In this document: positions 11,592-25,929 of the stretch, in pieces
Numbering within the stretch: the stretch's first letter is position 1
How the letters are laid out: each line of letters starts with the position of its first letter
Assembly (NCBI RefSeq): GCF_009914755.1
Contig: NC_060928.1
From: the human T2T-CHM13v2.0 reference genome, Homo sapiens
Strand: one strand, 5' to 3'
Length of the DNA: 64,000 bases
Position numbers and translations under genes: made by a program
The notes under the pieces: generated by a model
The model's input: the letters and a program-made list of their open reading frames with translations, nothing else
Database searches by the model: none
What the model was told of the DNA's origin: nothing

Positions 11592-13672
11592 CACTGTAAG
11601 TCCTAGCCAGAGCAATTAGACAAGAAAAATAAATAAATGACATCCAATTTGGAAGGAAGAAGTCAAATTATTCTTGTTCAAAGACAACATGGTATATTTA
11701 AGAACCTAAAAATTAGATCAAAACATTGTTAGAACCAGTAAATGAATTCAGTAAAGTTGCAGAATACAAAGTCAACATACAAAAAAATCAGTAGCACTTA
11801 TATAAGCCAACAGTGAACAATTTAAAAAAGAAATTAAGAAAGCAATCTCATTTACAGTGGCTCAAAAAAAATTAAATTCCAAGGAATAAATTTAACCAAA
11901 GAAGTAAAAGATCTCTATAAGAAAAACTACAAAACACTGACGAAAGAAATTGAAGAGGACATAAAAAGGGAAGACAGCCCATGCTCGTGGATGGAAATTA
12001 CTGGTATCATTAAAATGTCCCTATCAAAATACCAATGACATTCTTCACAGAATTGAAAAAAGGCAATCCTAAAATCTGTATGGAACCACAAAAGACTCCG
12101 AATAGTCAAAGTAATTCTGAGCAAAAAGAACAGAAGGGGAGGGATCACACTACCTGACTTCAAAATATACTACAAAGCCATAGTAACCCCAACAGCATAG
12201 TACTGGTATAAAAACAGACACATGGACCAATGAAAAAGAATAGAGCTAACTCACTTTTGGACAAAGGTGCCTGGAACATACATCGGAAAAAAGACAGTCT
12301 CCTTAATAAACAGTGCTAGAAAAACTGAGTAAGTACATGCAGATGAATAAAGCTAGACCCCTGTCTCTTACCATATGCAAAAAATCAACTTAAATTGAAC
12401 TAACAACTTAAATCTAAGACCTGAAACTATAAAACAACTAGAAGAAACTATTAGGGAAATGCTTCTGGACACTGGCCTAGACAAAGATTTGTTGGGTAAG
12501 ACCTCAAATGAACAGGCAACAAAAGTAAAAATACACAAATGGGATCCTATCAAGCTAAAAAGCTTCTGCACTGCAAAAGAAACAACAAAGAGATAACCCA
12601 CATAAAGGGTTTTTTGCAAAGTATCCATGAAACAAGGGATTAATAATCAGAATATATAAGGAACTCAAACAAATAAATTTAAAAAACCAAATAATCCAAT
12701 TGTTTCAAATGGACAAAACATTTGAACAGACATTCCTCAGGAGACATGGCCAACCAAAAGGTGTATGAAAAATACTCAACATCATGTATGTGCATCAGAG
12801 AAATGCACATAAAACCACAGTGAAATATCATCTCATCCCAGTTAAAATGGCTTTTATCAAAAAGACAAAAAAAAATAACAGTTGCTGGTAAGGATGAAGA
12901 GAAACGGGAACACTTGTACACTGTTGGTAGGAAGATAAATTAATACAGTCACTATGGAAAACATATGGAGACTCCTCAAAAAACTAAAGATAGAAATACC
13001 ATATAATCCAGCAATGTAAAGGAAATCAGTGTATCAGAGATATCTGCACTCCCATATTTATTGCAGCACTATTCACAATAGCCCAAACTATTCAATAGCC
13101 GTGATACGTAATCAATCTAAGTGTCCAACAGATGAATGGATTTTTAAAAAGTGATACTAACAGTGGAATATTATTCGCCCATGAAAAGAATGAAATCCTG
13201 TGATTTGTAGCAATATGGATGGAACTGGAGGGCATTATATTAAGTGAAATAAGCCAGGAACAGAAAGATAAATATCATGTGTTCTCACTCATATGTGGGA
13301 ACTTAAATAAAAGTGGATCTCATGGAGATAGTTGATTGGTGGTTATCTAGGCTGAGAAGGGTAGGGAGAGGGAACGACGAAGAGAGGTTGGTTAATGAGT
13401 ACAAATATACAGTTAGATAAAAGGAATAAGACCTAGTGTTTGAAAGCACAGTAGGGCAACTATAATAAATATAATTTGTTGTATAGCTCAAAATTGCTGG
13501 AGGAGAATTAGAATGTTCCCAATATAAAAAGAGGTGAATGTTTGGGGTAATAAATGCCCCAATTGCCCTGGTTTGATCATTACACATTGTATGCATATAT
13601 CAAAACACCACATGTACCCCCAACATAGGTACAGCTCTTATGCATCAATAAAAAAAATAAAAACAAACAAAC
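11592..13672 (+). mobile_element. 5'-truncated L1MA-type LINE-1 (ORF2 3' part and 3'UTR), degenerate
   Basis: AAGTCCTAGCCAGAGCAATTAG start, ORF2 hallmarks (CCTGACTTCAAAATATACTACAAAGC), L1MA 3'UTR, A-rich tail; internal deletions, no intact ORF. Confidence 0.93.
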
Positions 13673-13859
13673 ATAAGCAGCAATGGCTACCCAGAAATAA
13701 ACACCTTGCATTATATACATACAAACACCACTATTTTAATATATTCACTTATTTTTAAAGAACAAGTACTTGAAAACTAGGAAATAACTCATGCACTTAT
13801 AATTGAGGTATACCCAAACCCTGCCTATTTGCAACTTAGTCAAAAACAACTGACAAGCA

Positions 13860-14310
13860 AAACAGCTCCTGAGCAGAAAATATTACGGTCACAACTTCAC
13901 ACACTGGATTTACATAGTCTCTTCTGCTGCCCTCTTCTGACTTGTCTTACTCTGGTTTTACATGTTTAGCAACCAGCCGGGGGGATGAGGGAGGGGTTGC
14001 TGAAGACAGTCCCACTGATAACAACAGAGTTAATGATACAAAAGAAGATGGCTACGAGGAGTCAAACGTCAGAGCCTGAGACCTTTGATGAAGGGTCACA
14101 TCGCCAGAGCTCAGTGGATAGCGAAGTACGTGGCTTTTCTACACGGCACAATAGTTCAAACTAGTACCATAAATAACATAACACACACACACACACAGAA
14201 TCACGGCCCTATGTTCTCAGGACAAAGGTGCGTGACGGTCAGCATTACATTTCAGACAGATCTCTGTTTAATTCAACAAACATTTATAGGAAATTTGTAA
14301 TGCGCAAGGC
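13860..14310. promoter_or_regulatory. Candidate intronic enhancer
   Basis: About 12 CpG in ~450 bp of non-repeat DNA; CCTTTGATG (TCF/LEF) 14082-14090, TACGTG (HIF HRE core) 14127-14132, GTTAATGAT (HNF1-like) 14029-14037. Confidence 0.35.
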
Positions 14311-16269
14311 CCTGAGCCATTATAAACACCTGATAAGAATTGGTTCAAGAGCTGTTGTTTTTGTAGAGTGCTCCATACATGTATTGTGATAGGTATCAAG
14401 TGGCACAAAGTGAAACAATTCTGAGTATACACCTGTATTTCATATCTGATGAAGCTCTGGTTTGCTGATCCATAATAAGCCCCTTATGAGCTAAGCTGAG
14501 CTTTCACTATAATCCGTTCCCACATATCTGAACCTGCTGTGGGGATTTTTTTAAACTGCTATTAGCAGTGACTAAAACTTCTAATCCCCTGCTATGCCTT
14601 TATTATTAACACATACAATTATTGTGCAGTAGCATTAAAGAACTGTGAAAATTTTTTATCTTATTTCTAAATCTCACCATTTTTATAACAGTAACAGTAA
14701 GATTTTCACAGAAATACTACTTCAGTCGTTTTGTCTGTATTTTTACTAGAAATTGCTTTAGCTATAAGGTTAATTGACATCTCTTACAGGGTATGAGAAA
14801 CTTCAAAGTGCCTGGAATGACTCCATTACTAATGCAACTACTTCAGATATAAAGTAATCTTTCTTTAGTTTATTAAAGACAAGGACAGATTTTTAGCCCA
14901 ATCCCGGAAAGAAAAATATAACCCATTTTGGAGATTAATATGGTAGCTGGATACAGAATGAAATTCATCTGACTCCACAATAATTATTAAATCAAATATC
15001 ATGGCATCTTTTCCCTAATCAAACTCAGGAAAGATTACTAAGCAGCCCAAACTCTGAAAACTACAAAGCAAAGATAGATACTCATTATGCCAACTCTATA
15101 GGACTCAGGCAAAAACTGATGGCCTCATGATCAGGTGTAACTTAGCTGTCCTTCATTCTGCTGGTCCTTGTTATTTTATCTCAAGTTCACTTTCTGTGCC
15201 ATTGAAAGAACTGCTAAGTAAGAGGGTTTAACCCTTTATTTTGGCCCAAACACAGGCTCATTACATCTCACGGATTCAAGTCCCAAGGCAGCAGCGGGAT
15301 ATCCGCCCCCCCGACCCCCCCTTTTTTTTAAATGTACTTAAACTTCAAGGGCAGAGAGGTTAGAATACTGGTTAACCTGTTCCCCAGGATGCCCATTCTG
15401 ACTGGCATGCTTTTGGTCCCTGGGATTCATTAATATTATTAGGTTCATTCTTTTAAATCAATGTTTGAAGTGGGGTTGGAGGTTATGAAGCCTGGATTTC
15501 TCATTGTGATTTGCAGACAATTCAAACCTATGTTTGCTGAAACTAGAACTAAAATTTCCTTTAAATGGCAAACTAAACTCCCCCTAAGAATCATTTTAAA
15601 GGTATATGAGAAAGTTTAAAAGGTCAGATTAGGTAGCAAAAGCCACTCAGTGACAAACTCACACGCACAAACACACACTCGAAAAAAATTGCAAAGGAGA
15701 AAGAAGGTGTAATAAGTACTATTCTCCTTTTGAGGTCTGGACATTCAGAATCTTGGGGTTAAATTACAACTGCTTCATAGAAAGACAGGTTGCAGAGTGG
15801 CCTGTGGTTCAACTGAAAAAAATTCTGAGGCCAGTTGTATTACTGTTTGTTGACTCTCGAGGATAATAAGCAGGACTAATGTTGGTGACAATTCCTGACA
15901 TAGCTTTAAATTAATTGCTGAATGGCAACTACCGCATAAGCTATATCTAGAGGAAGGGGGATAGACATATGTTTTATTCAAAATGTAAAGAATGGTTCTA
16001 AAGTCCTTATTCGTCTTTTTAGGACTGACTTAACTACAACAAGGAAGAGAAACTTCTACCCACTTTCTCTCTAAAATAACATAAATGGCCATTTGCAGGT
16101 TTATATTTTCAGAAATATTAATAGCTAGAGTTTTTTAAACTTTCTGAAAATACTCAAATGTATTCCTTATATTCAGGTCAACTAAAACATGATTAGAAGT
16201 GTATCTAACATAGTGAAATACTGGAATTATAAGTAACGACAAAGATAATAAATCTAAACAACATAGAGA

Positions 16270-16490
16270 CAGGATGGCTGAAAAAAGCATGAGCGTTGAA
16301 GCTAAACATCAGGAATGGAGTTCAAACTCCACTGGGAGCTACATAAACTTGGCAAGTTACTCAACCTCTGTAATTTATAAAATGGAGATACCAATATCGT
16401 CCTCAAAGTTGAATGAGATAACATACCTAAATCACCCAGTGCATTGTTTGGCACCTGGTCAGCACTCAATGAATGTTAGCTGCTATTAGC
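16270..16490 (+). mobile_element. MIR relic
   Basis: GAGTTCAAACTCC...CTTGGCAAGTTACTCAACCTCTG...ATAAAATGGAGATA...GCACTCAATGAATGTTAGCTGCTATTA. Confidence 0.75.
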
Positions 16491-17664
16491 AGGAGCTGGA
16501 ATACAGCCCACAGCCAGCCAGGACTTGAGTCCACATCTGTTTACCTCCACTGCTTCTCTATTATTAGTGTGAGGTCAACATTACTACTATTGTTCAACAT
16601 GCTTAACATTATCAAGAGGTTTTAGACATTCTAAAAATCAGACAATTACGTATGAATTATCTTGAGAAAAAACGGGAATGACACACATTATCAAGAGTTG
16701 CATCTCTGCTGGATTTGAATCTAATACTGTAAAGAAGAGTAATTAATCCATTAAACTATCCTGTTCCTTTAAACATTATTCCAAGGCCATATAGAATTAG
16801 CAATTCTGCTTGTTTACTTTCCACTGACTAGCAGGGGATTAAAGACAAATTCAAGTTGGTTTTCAGATGCACAAAATTAAAGGTTGAGAAAACTTGGTGT
16901 TTTCAAAGCATGCATCCATGAAGGATTTCTTTTTAACTGTTCTTTCCAAAACTTTTAAACATTCAACAAAATCTCAATTTGCTTTGCTTTGTTCTTTGCT
17001 TCCAAATACTGTAAATGGCTGGATTCCAGATAGAGTAGTTATCCTCAAATGCCTTCCAAAAAGGCCTGCCAGATTCTGTGGTTCAGAAGTAATTTAAAAG
17101 TAGAAATGTGTAACAAATGAGACCTAATGGAAAACACTGGATATTTTAGTTAGTTTTTTTTTAATTTCAGAGAGAGACAATACATATACACACGTGCACA
17201 TGAACATATATAAACACAGACCCATGTAAATAAGACAGAAAATGAAAAATGAGGTGGCAATGTTGTATTTCTCTATTGTAGACAATAATTGGCAAGAGTA
17301 AAAAAAATACATCGTTTTTCAATGGAAAATAAAATTCATGATGCATCTATTAACCAAACTCAACAATGACAAGTTAAAACAGAATACTTAGAATAATACA
17401 ACCTCTATCTTATGGATTTATTTTTGAGGGGGGTAATCCTTTAAAGTTTACAAACCATTTTCTTACATAAGACATAATTTCTATGTATAATGAAACAGCT
17501 TTTTAATAATGACTTGTTCGAAAGAAGAAATGTTCTTCTAGTTAGTAAACTTTCTGTCACTAGGTATTCAAGCAGAAGCTGGGATGTTCCAAAGGTTATT
17601 CGTGTGCCGGAGTAAAGGTTAATTAAACCTGAGGACTTTAATACTGTGTTCTTTCTGGGTGTCT

Positions 17665-18430
17665 TCATTCACTCATCCTTCTAAATATTCACGAAATACT
17701 GACTACAGGCCAGGTACCTTACTACACACTACACATATGGTAGAGCAAAAGTTGGACCCAGTCCCTCCCTTCCCAGAGGTTATAGCCCAGTAAAGAAGAC
17801 AAACACAAGGCTTTACAAATGATGAGAGCTATGGAGGATGTGAGGAGACCGATCTAGGCCAAGGGCAGTGAAAGACTTCTCTACCAAAACCATCTGAGGG
17901 ACAAAATGAATGTTGCTACATAAGAGGAGAGGGCAGAATGCTCCAGGCAGACAATAGTGAGAGTGAGAAGTGAAGGAAAGCAAAGATAGCTGAAATGGAG
18001 AAAGGGGAGGGTGAAGCCCAGAAAGGCAGGCAGGGAAATGACCCCTGATGGATACAATAAGGCATGTTTGCACTTTATACTAAGGCAATGGAAACTATGA
18101 AAATATCTTGGGGAGACTATTAGAACAATGCAGGAATTGTGAGCAACATTGTGTTATGGCAAGAATGAAGGCAGAAAGAGCAGTTAGGAGGCTATCAACA
18201 TAGCCCAGATAGAAAACGGTGGTGACATGGTCCATGGAACTGGCAATGATGGGCAACAGCGAACAGATCCTTTGTAGATGAAGGCATCTTTCATGGGATG
18301 CAAACACTGGAGGATGAGCAGGCTGGGGGAAGGAAGAGAAGAGGATATGCTTAGCTGTAGACAGGCCGAGTCTGAAGTGCTTCCTAGGAAACTGGATCAT
18401 GGGTTTAGAGCCCAGTGAAAGTTATGGACT
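17665..18430 (-). mobile_element. L2 LINE relic
   Basis: TTCATTCACTCATC...AAATACTGACTAC start and purine-rich body (CAGTTAGGAGGCTAT) typical of antisense L2 3' end. Confidence 0.7.
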
Positions 18431-18469
18431 AAAGACAAATACTTGGTATTTGTGAGCCTCAGACATACA

Positions 18470-18773
18470 GGTTCCCACTGTGGTAGCCACTAGCCACATG
18501 TTGTCTATGGTGCACCTGGGATACAGCTAGGGCAAAGTGAAATGTACTATAAATAAGATACATGCTACATTTCCAAGACAGTATGAAAAGGGAATGTAAG
18601 ATCTCAATTTTTATACTGATATGTTGAAATAATATTTTGATATACCAGGCTAAACAAATTATAGAAATTAATTTCTTCAGTTTTTCACTTTTGTAGTGTG
18701 GCTACTAGAAAACTTACAATTACATGTCAAGTTTGCATTATGACTCACATTCTATTTCTATGGGGCAGCACTG
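18470..18773. mobile_element. MER33-like hAT-Charlie MITE
   Basis: GGTAGCCACTAGCCACATG...GTGGCTACTAGAAAA...ATTTCTATGGGGCAGCACTG. Confidence 0.8.
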
Positions 18774-19689
18774 ATACAGATAGTAACTGAAGTTTGGAAG
18801 AGTAAAAAGAAGCACTAATGAGAGTTTGTCTCTGATAGAATTGTGGGGTTCAACACATGGAGTGGTATGACGAGGAAGAGCTGAAAACATGGAATAAGCC
18901 GATAAAGCCAGACAATGTGGTACAGTGGAAGGCAAGAAGGCTCTGAGCAACCAGGAAGTAGACCTAAGGGTCAAATTCTGCTGTGAAGCCACGTAAGAAA
19001 AGCACTGCAAAGGATATTTAAGCTAGAACACAGGTAGAAGAACAAATGGCTTCTGAAACAGGAATAAGTGAAAAATAACTATATTACTGTAATTTAATTT
19101 TCCTGCATTTTATGTATATTTTTGTATAAATTTCCAACTTTTTGTTGCATCACCTTCCAACTGGCATGTTATTTTAAATCAGCGTTTTTCACCTTTCCTT
19201 AACCCACCCATGCTTCTTGCCAACCACCCAGAAATGTTCCTCCAGTATTATTTGAAATATCAAATAGATACCATGTCTGAAAACAAATTAAAGAATAGAA
19301 AAAGTGAATACTCTATCTTCAACCGACATCTCCTTTCACCCCTTCTATTGGGTCACGTTCGCTTACCACTATAGAATCTTGGATTAGATAATCCCTACAA
19401 TTCTTCAAATTCTAAAATTATGTATGTCTAGTATTAATTTCCCCATAATTCTTCATTCCATACCCAATAAAATCAGTGTTCTCTCAAGATACGCTGGCCT
19501 CAGTAAAGGCACCAGTGGGAATAAACATTTGCACACTGTTTCCCTACTAACTTTCCCAAAGCGTTTATTCAACAAATGTTTATTGAGTACCTACGCATGC
19601 CCCGATGGGGCTACAGCAGTGAACAAACCAAATTTCTTGCACTCTTTGAGCTTACAACCTCATGACACAAAAATAAATACCATTCCTTC

Positions 19690-19900
19690 ATAGTAATAAT
19701 AATAATAACCAGCCAACCACCACTGCACCACTGTAGCAGCGGTGGTTTATATGGCTTACAATTTCCAATCACTACATCCTTAAGCACTTCACACCAATTA
19801 CTTCATTTGAAGCTCACAACAAACTCATGAGTTACAATAGGCCACCCCTGTTTGCCTATTTTACAGATGAAAAAATCAAGGCAAAGAAAGAGAATACAGC
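19690..19900 (-). mobile_element. MIR relic
   Basis: CTCACAACAAACTCATGAG...CCTATTTTACAGATGAAAAAATCAAGGC. Confidence 0.65.
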
Positions 19901-21974
19901 TTCTAAAGACCTTGATCAGGATTATAAATTATCCCAGCACCATGCACTTCTCCTTTACATTACTTCCCACCCCAGGTGTTTCTGAAGAGAAGAGGAATGG
20001 ACACTCTTGGTTGGTGTCTCTCTCTCCTTCCCTCTGGAGAATTTGAGAGACTGGAGCATGCAATGCTCATCTCAGAGCAGCCCGGTCTCAAGTCACACTC
20101 TGTTTTGGTAAGTCTAAATCACTTGGTTGGGGATTTAAGTTACATTCCCCCACCAGCCCTATCAGCCACAAACATGATGTTACAATATGCTCTGTCCTCC
20201 CAGAGCAGCACTTACCATGGTGGTAATTTACACTATGTGATTTATGTCCAATTCACCTACTATTCTGTACATTCTATGAAGGCAAGGATTGTATCTGTTT
20301 TTTATATCTCCAGCACTTAGAAACTATCTAGAGCATAGGACGTGCTCAGAAAATATTAGTAGAATAAATGAAAGTCAGCTTTCCAAATTCACGAAATTTA
20401 TTCATGTACCTGCCCAAACTCTTATTTTTACCATCCAAAGAGAAATCTTATTCTTCTCTGCCTTTTTGTATAGCATGAGATAAATGTAATTACACCTTCC
20501 CAGGGTCATCATTATGAACTCCAATTTTTGTACTTGGTTGTAAACACAGAGGTGTCATTGGGGAGCTAATGAGGTTTATAGGATCCTTTGCCTGGATAAC
20601 AGATAGCTCTCTAATTGCTGTGCTAAGTGCTTATGTCTACTTGTAAGGGTTTTAATATCCTATTCTACCACTTTCAGTATGTATGGTCTCAGCTTTTAAT
20701 TTGCTCCTTCTAATATACAATAATCCAAGAAACCTGTTACTTGTTTATTGGCTTTATCAAAAGGGCCTTACTGCAGACATTTTCTTCTACCTATTTTAAC
20801 TGCTTGAATGACTCTCCTCCCTTCTTCCGACTTTTCAACCATATTCAAGTGTTAAGGTTACCTTAAGTGTTACTCTATTTTTGCTGCAAATTAGTATTAC
20901 CAAGCACAAGGAAAATAGCTCTAGAAAGAAGAGTAAAATAACTCAAGAAAGAAAATGAAACGATCATTAGACAGTTTTTTCATTATTTGCTGAATTACTC
21001 AATTAATTTACCCATTTGTTTCATAGCAGTGGCAACAACATCACAGGCCTGAAGCAGATCCTTCCTTACCATTAACCCAGAACCTGACACAGATAAAACA
21101 ATGGTTTCACATACTCTGTCACCTCTTGTTGAAAATTCCAGTACAAACGACGCAAAATGAGTCTTCACATTTCTGGTATTAAAAGCATCCTGTGTCACAA
21201 GAGTCCCTTTTTGTCAATGATCTTTTTATTTGGCTGACTCTCTATTTTTTTTTTCTAGTTTCATTATGTCTCTTGTACTATAACCTGGGTCTGAAATGAA
21301 GCACTTCTCCAGGGACAACTCATAATTTTGCCTGTTGGAAATGCTGTCAAGGTCAGTTAGAAAACAAACCTAAAAGAAAAGAAATTGTACTCAGAGAAAG
21401 AAGGACTTATAACCTTCTGCAGGGTAGCCCCATAAAGGTTCCTACAAAATAGATGACAAATACCTACAAAGACACTTCCTGGACTGACGACTAAGCAAAC
21501 CTTCTTAAATGAGAATTCTCTCCTTTCTGCAAAGGTTCTGGTGGTGGCTTGGGGAAAAAAAATTCATAATAACTACTTTCCTTAGTGTTTATAACACATT
21601 TGATGTTTTGTTGTTGATGTTAATGTATGACAAACAGTATCACAGTTAATTTCATGACTTCCATTTCCCATTAGACAATTTTTTCATTACTTGCTAAATT
21701 TCTTTGAGTCTCCAGAAAAGTGTAAAAGAAAGGTTTATGGTCTATATTGTTGGTATCAAATAACACTACAGTTTACCGCTCCCAAGGTAATGTTATAAGG
21801 CTGCAGGAAAACATTTGGGGGAAAAAGAAAAGAAAGATAAACATAAAATTCAGTAAATATGCAAAACAAGTGTCCTGTTATGCAAGTGGCAGAGTAAACC
21901 AAATACAATATAGTTTTCTTTTCTGAAAGTACCTTATTATAAATAAAAACAAATGGTGCTTAGAAAGTGAGCTA

Positions 21975-22120
21975 GTATTGTCCCAGGTGCTTTATGCTCA
22001 GTGCCTCATTTATCCTCACTAATTCTACAGGCCAGGGAATTCCGGCATATCTCCATTTTATAGATGAGAATATTGAGGTTGAGAAAGATTAATTGCCCAA
22101 GCCAATGTACCTAATTACAA
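21975..22120 (-). mobile_element. MIR relic
   Basis: CTCATTTATCCTCAC...CTCCATTTTATAGATGAGAATATTGAGG...TTGCCCAAG. Confidence 0.7.
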
Positions 22121-22987
22121 AGTATAGAAGGAGGTCTGTTTTCTCCCAAGTTAGTGCCCTTGCAGGCTGGCCCTTTTGAAGTCATCTGTGTACTGACTTT
22201 CTGTTGCTGAATATGGGAATTTCCAAGACATTTCAGGTGGTAAGACTGAAACTAATGGGAATGCTATTCATAACATGTAAGACTTTTGATTAATAAGTAC
22301 TTGGATAGAAAAGACAAACTAGATATCCTTTAATTTTTCAAGCAACTGATACTAATACATTAATAGAAAAAAATCTCAACATTTTAGAAATATCTCTAAA
22401 AGACGTTTTAAATCAGTTAACTACATTTCCAAATTACACCCTGGTTCAGGTCATGATATTTTTTCAGACTACTAGAATAGTCTCCTAACCCATCTCCTCA
22501 AATCCATTTTTACAAAGTCACCATAGTAAACCTAAAACATAAATTTAAATGTGCTCCTCCTCTGCTTTTGGAAGCCTTCAGTTGTTCCCATCACATTCAG
22601 ACCACACTCTAATCTTGTTGGCAAGGGATACAGACAGAGCCCTTAGTGGCTGGCACCTGTCACAGGTGTCTTAAATGGCTGTGAGCTCAAGGGCAAGAAA
22701 CAAGTTTTATTGTTCAATAAATGTTTATTGAGATGAAATAAATTAATAGCCCTCAATCTTGCATAAAATATCCTTCTATTATTCTTTTTCCCATCTTGAG
22801 AGAAAGAAACTACATTGTATACAACCCTGAATGCTAAAATATGCTTTAGGTGTTCAATAAAATATAATGTTGTTCAATAAAATACATGTTCATTTGAACA
22901 TATAGGTGTTCAATAAAATATAATGGATTACCAAAAAACCCTTAACCAGCCTCAAGTGTCTGTGTTTCAATTGCATATGCAATCTAA

Positions 22988-23329
<342 letters not shown>

Positions 23330-24260
23330 TAATTTGTCTTTTCTAATATGTAACATTTGCCTCTTTCTTCTTTCTGATCAGGACCATCTATTACTTCACC
23401 TTTCAGCAGATGCCCTACCATTGACCTTTGTCAGCAGTGGGATCCTGGAAAGAGCCCTCTACAGACCCCAGGCCTCATGGCTTAGTAACAGCCTTGGAAG
23501 AGATGTGAGCCACTTGAGAGCAGGGCGAGGGCAGCATCTTGTTCAATTTGCATCTCCAGCATCTTCCCAGGACAGTTGGCAAGTGATCAATCAGCAAATG
23601 CTTTTTGAGTAAATGAGTGAATAAAAGAGCAAATAAATTGACTCACAGTGATAAACTCAGAGTCTAGGTTTCATCAGTCATAAAAGGGTGATAAATGCCT
23701 ACCTACAAGGTGACCCTAGATATTGTAGGTGGTATTACTGCCTCAAGAGTGACATTCTTAAAATGCAGTCCCCCCATTCTGTTCTTAAGCCTTGGCTGGT
23801 TATGTGGAAACACCATGTGTTTCCTCAGTATCCTAAACTCAGGATATTGAAAAAGTAGATAGATTAATGTGTGGTTGAAAAATGAGGGAATTCTGGAATA
23901 TTATTCTTAAATAACCAATGGAAATATAGGTTTTTAATTTTCTAACTTGCTGTAGGGAGAAGGGCTGATAGAGAAATCAGATCTGTTCCCTTGCAGACTT
24001 CCTTAAACAATGAGGATGTATTTTGCGACATAAGTCCTGGGAGAACAGTGTACTACCCACTTTCCAGCAATGAAACATCTGTAAACATTTTTCTGGATTC
24101 CTCTCTCTGTTTTTGAAAGTCATCTTGAGAAAGGGTGATTTGTAGAGTAAAGCTTATGGGATATTACCTTATGCTTTATTTTTGAGGTCACTCAGTATTT
24201 GCCTTCTCTTTTCTGTGTTAACTAAAATAATAAATCTTAACTCTACATACAACTCCTATC

Positions 24261-24320
<60 letters not shown>
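24261..24320. repeat. (ATCT)15 tetranucleotide microsatellite (GATA-type)
   Basis: 15 perfect units counted. Confidence 0.98.
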
Positions 24321-25929
24321 CCTTGTTCATCTAGCCAAAATGATGCTTGGCATCTTTGAGATTCTCTTCACCCAGGGGTTGCAAACTCACCGCAGGCTGC
24401 CACTCTGATGGAATTGAAAGACCCCATCTCAATGTGACACTGTGTATTTTCTCCTACTGGCAACAGCAGGGTGTTGGGAAAAGATGAGACATCATGTACA
24501 TTTGGTCGCTGATCTCTATTTATCTTATTCCTAAAATCAATCATCTTCAAGTTTAAACAACAACGAACTCCCTCTACAATGAAACCCAGTAGAGAGCAAA
24601 CTAAAGATTTTTCATAGTTTTAAAATCATATTTTAATAAATGTTTTGGAAATGCCAACCATCAGGTTCTTTTTGTTTTTGTTTTTAAGTAGAGAGATGCA
24701 AATAATCTAACCACTAAACTCACAAAGCAAACCCCTAAAAATAAAGATTCTTATGTAATGTGATTTAAAGATGTAAAGTAGCTAACAAGCTATATAACAC
24801 ATTTTCTAAAATAACATAAAATATAAAGTCAAACAATGAATGAATAAACATTAATGAGAACACCAGAAGTGACAAGGCAGATCTTATTTTAAAAACTTCA
24901 AAAGCTGTTTGTATAGATTACAGATAGCAAAAAAAGTGAAGTACTTACTTTAGGGCAATGCGTCAGTTTTTACAAAATTAGAAGGATCTTATTTTTCTGT
25001 CTAAATAAGTAGACTCAATCTCAAAATGCTCCCAAGACATGATTAATCCAGATAATATAGTATTTTAGTATTTATTTATAGCCTGCTTTATTCTAAAAAA
25101 TGTAAGAAGGCTTATAATTAAAACCCTACAGTTAAATTAATTTCAAAAACCCTGATAAAATAATACACTTGAAGCACCAATATATTTTCATTATACAAAT
25201 TCATTTTAATTTTTAAATTATGGAAATCCAAGAGTCTATGGTAAATTTAGTTTATCAAAACCATCATAAGAAACCACCTAATAATAGAAGATTGTTTAAA
25301 TACGTCAATATAATTTTGTCAACAATATACATCTTCCATATATACACACATATATACATTTTCTAGAATATATAACACTGGAAAATGTTCATGAGATACC
25401 GCAAATGCAAGTGGTTACTAAAGGCTTACACAAAAGCATACAATTTTTCCTTTTAAAAATATGTATAGACAGGTATAGAGGAGTGAAAGCAAAAATTGGA
25501 ATTGTAAGTTTTCTATGATGAATGAGTTTTACTTTTACAGAGTAGAAAACCATATTTTTAAGACAAATGCATATTGTTTTTATAATTATATTCCTATATG
25601 AAAAGACCATCACTGCTGCTCAGAACAATAGACTCTCTGTACGTGAGTCATATTAGAGGATCTAATATCATTCTTCTTACTGACTTACATGTTTTATCAA
25701 GATTTTATTGTTTTGCAGGACAGAGTTTCACCTTAGGCCAACCCACATAAATAAGAAACCATTCCTAGTGATGTCCATTGCATACCTAATGGATTCTACT
25801 TAAAGGCTCTTTAATTTAGGGATGAATACCTCTTTCACCATCCCTTAAAAATGGTATTACAGAGCCTGAAAAATTATTCTACAAATCACAGGTCCTAAGA
25901 TATTATACTGCTAGACATGTACAAAATTA

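Noticed and set aside
10887-11595. 17-bp direct repeat AAAAAAGTCCTTTCACT at 10887 and 11579
   Set aside because: A-rich, no recognisable element or poly-A tail between the copies, so not a credible TSD
11927-13758. ORFs across the old L1
   Set aside because: Antisense or out-of-frame readings of a degenerate L1MA
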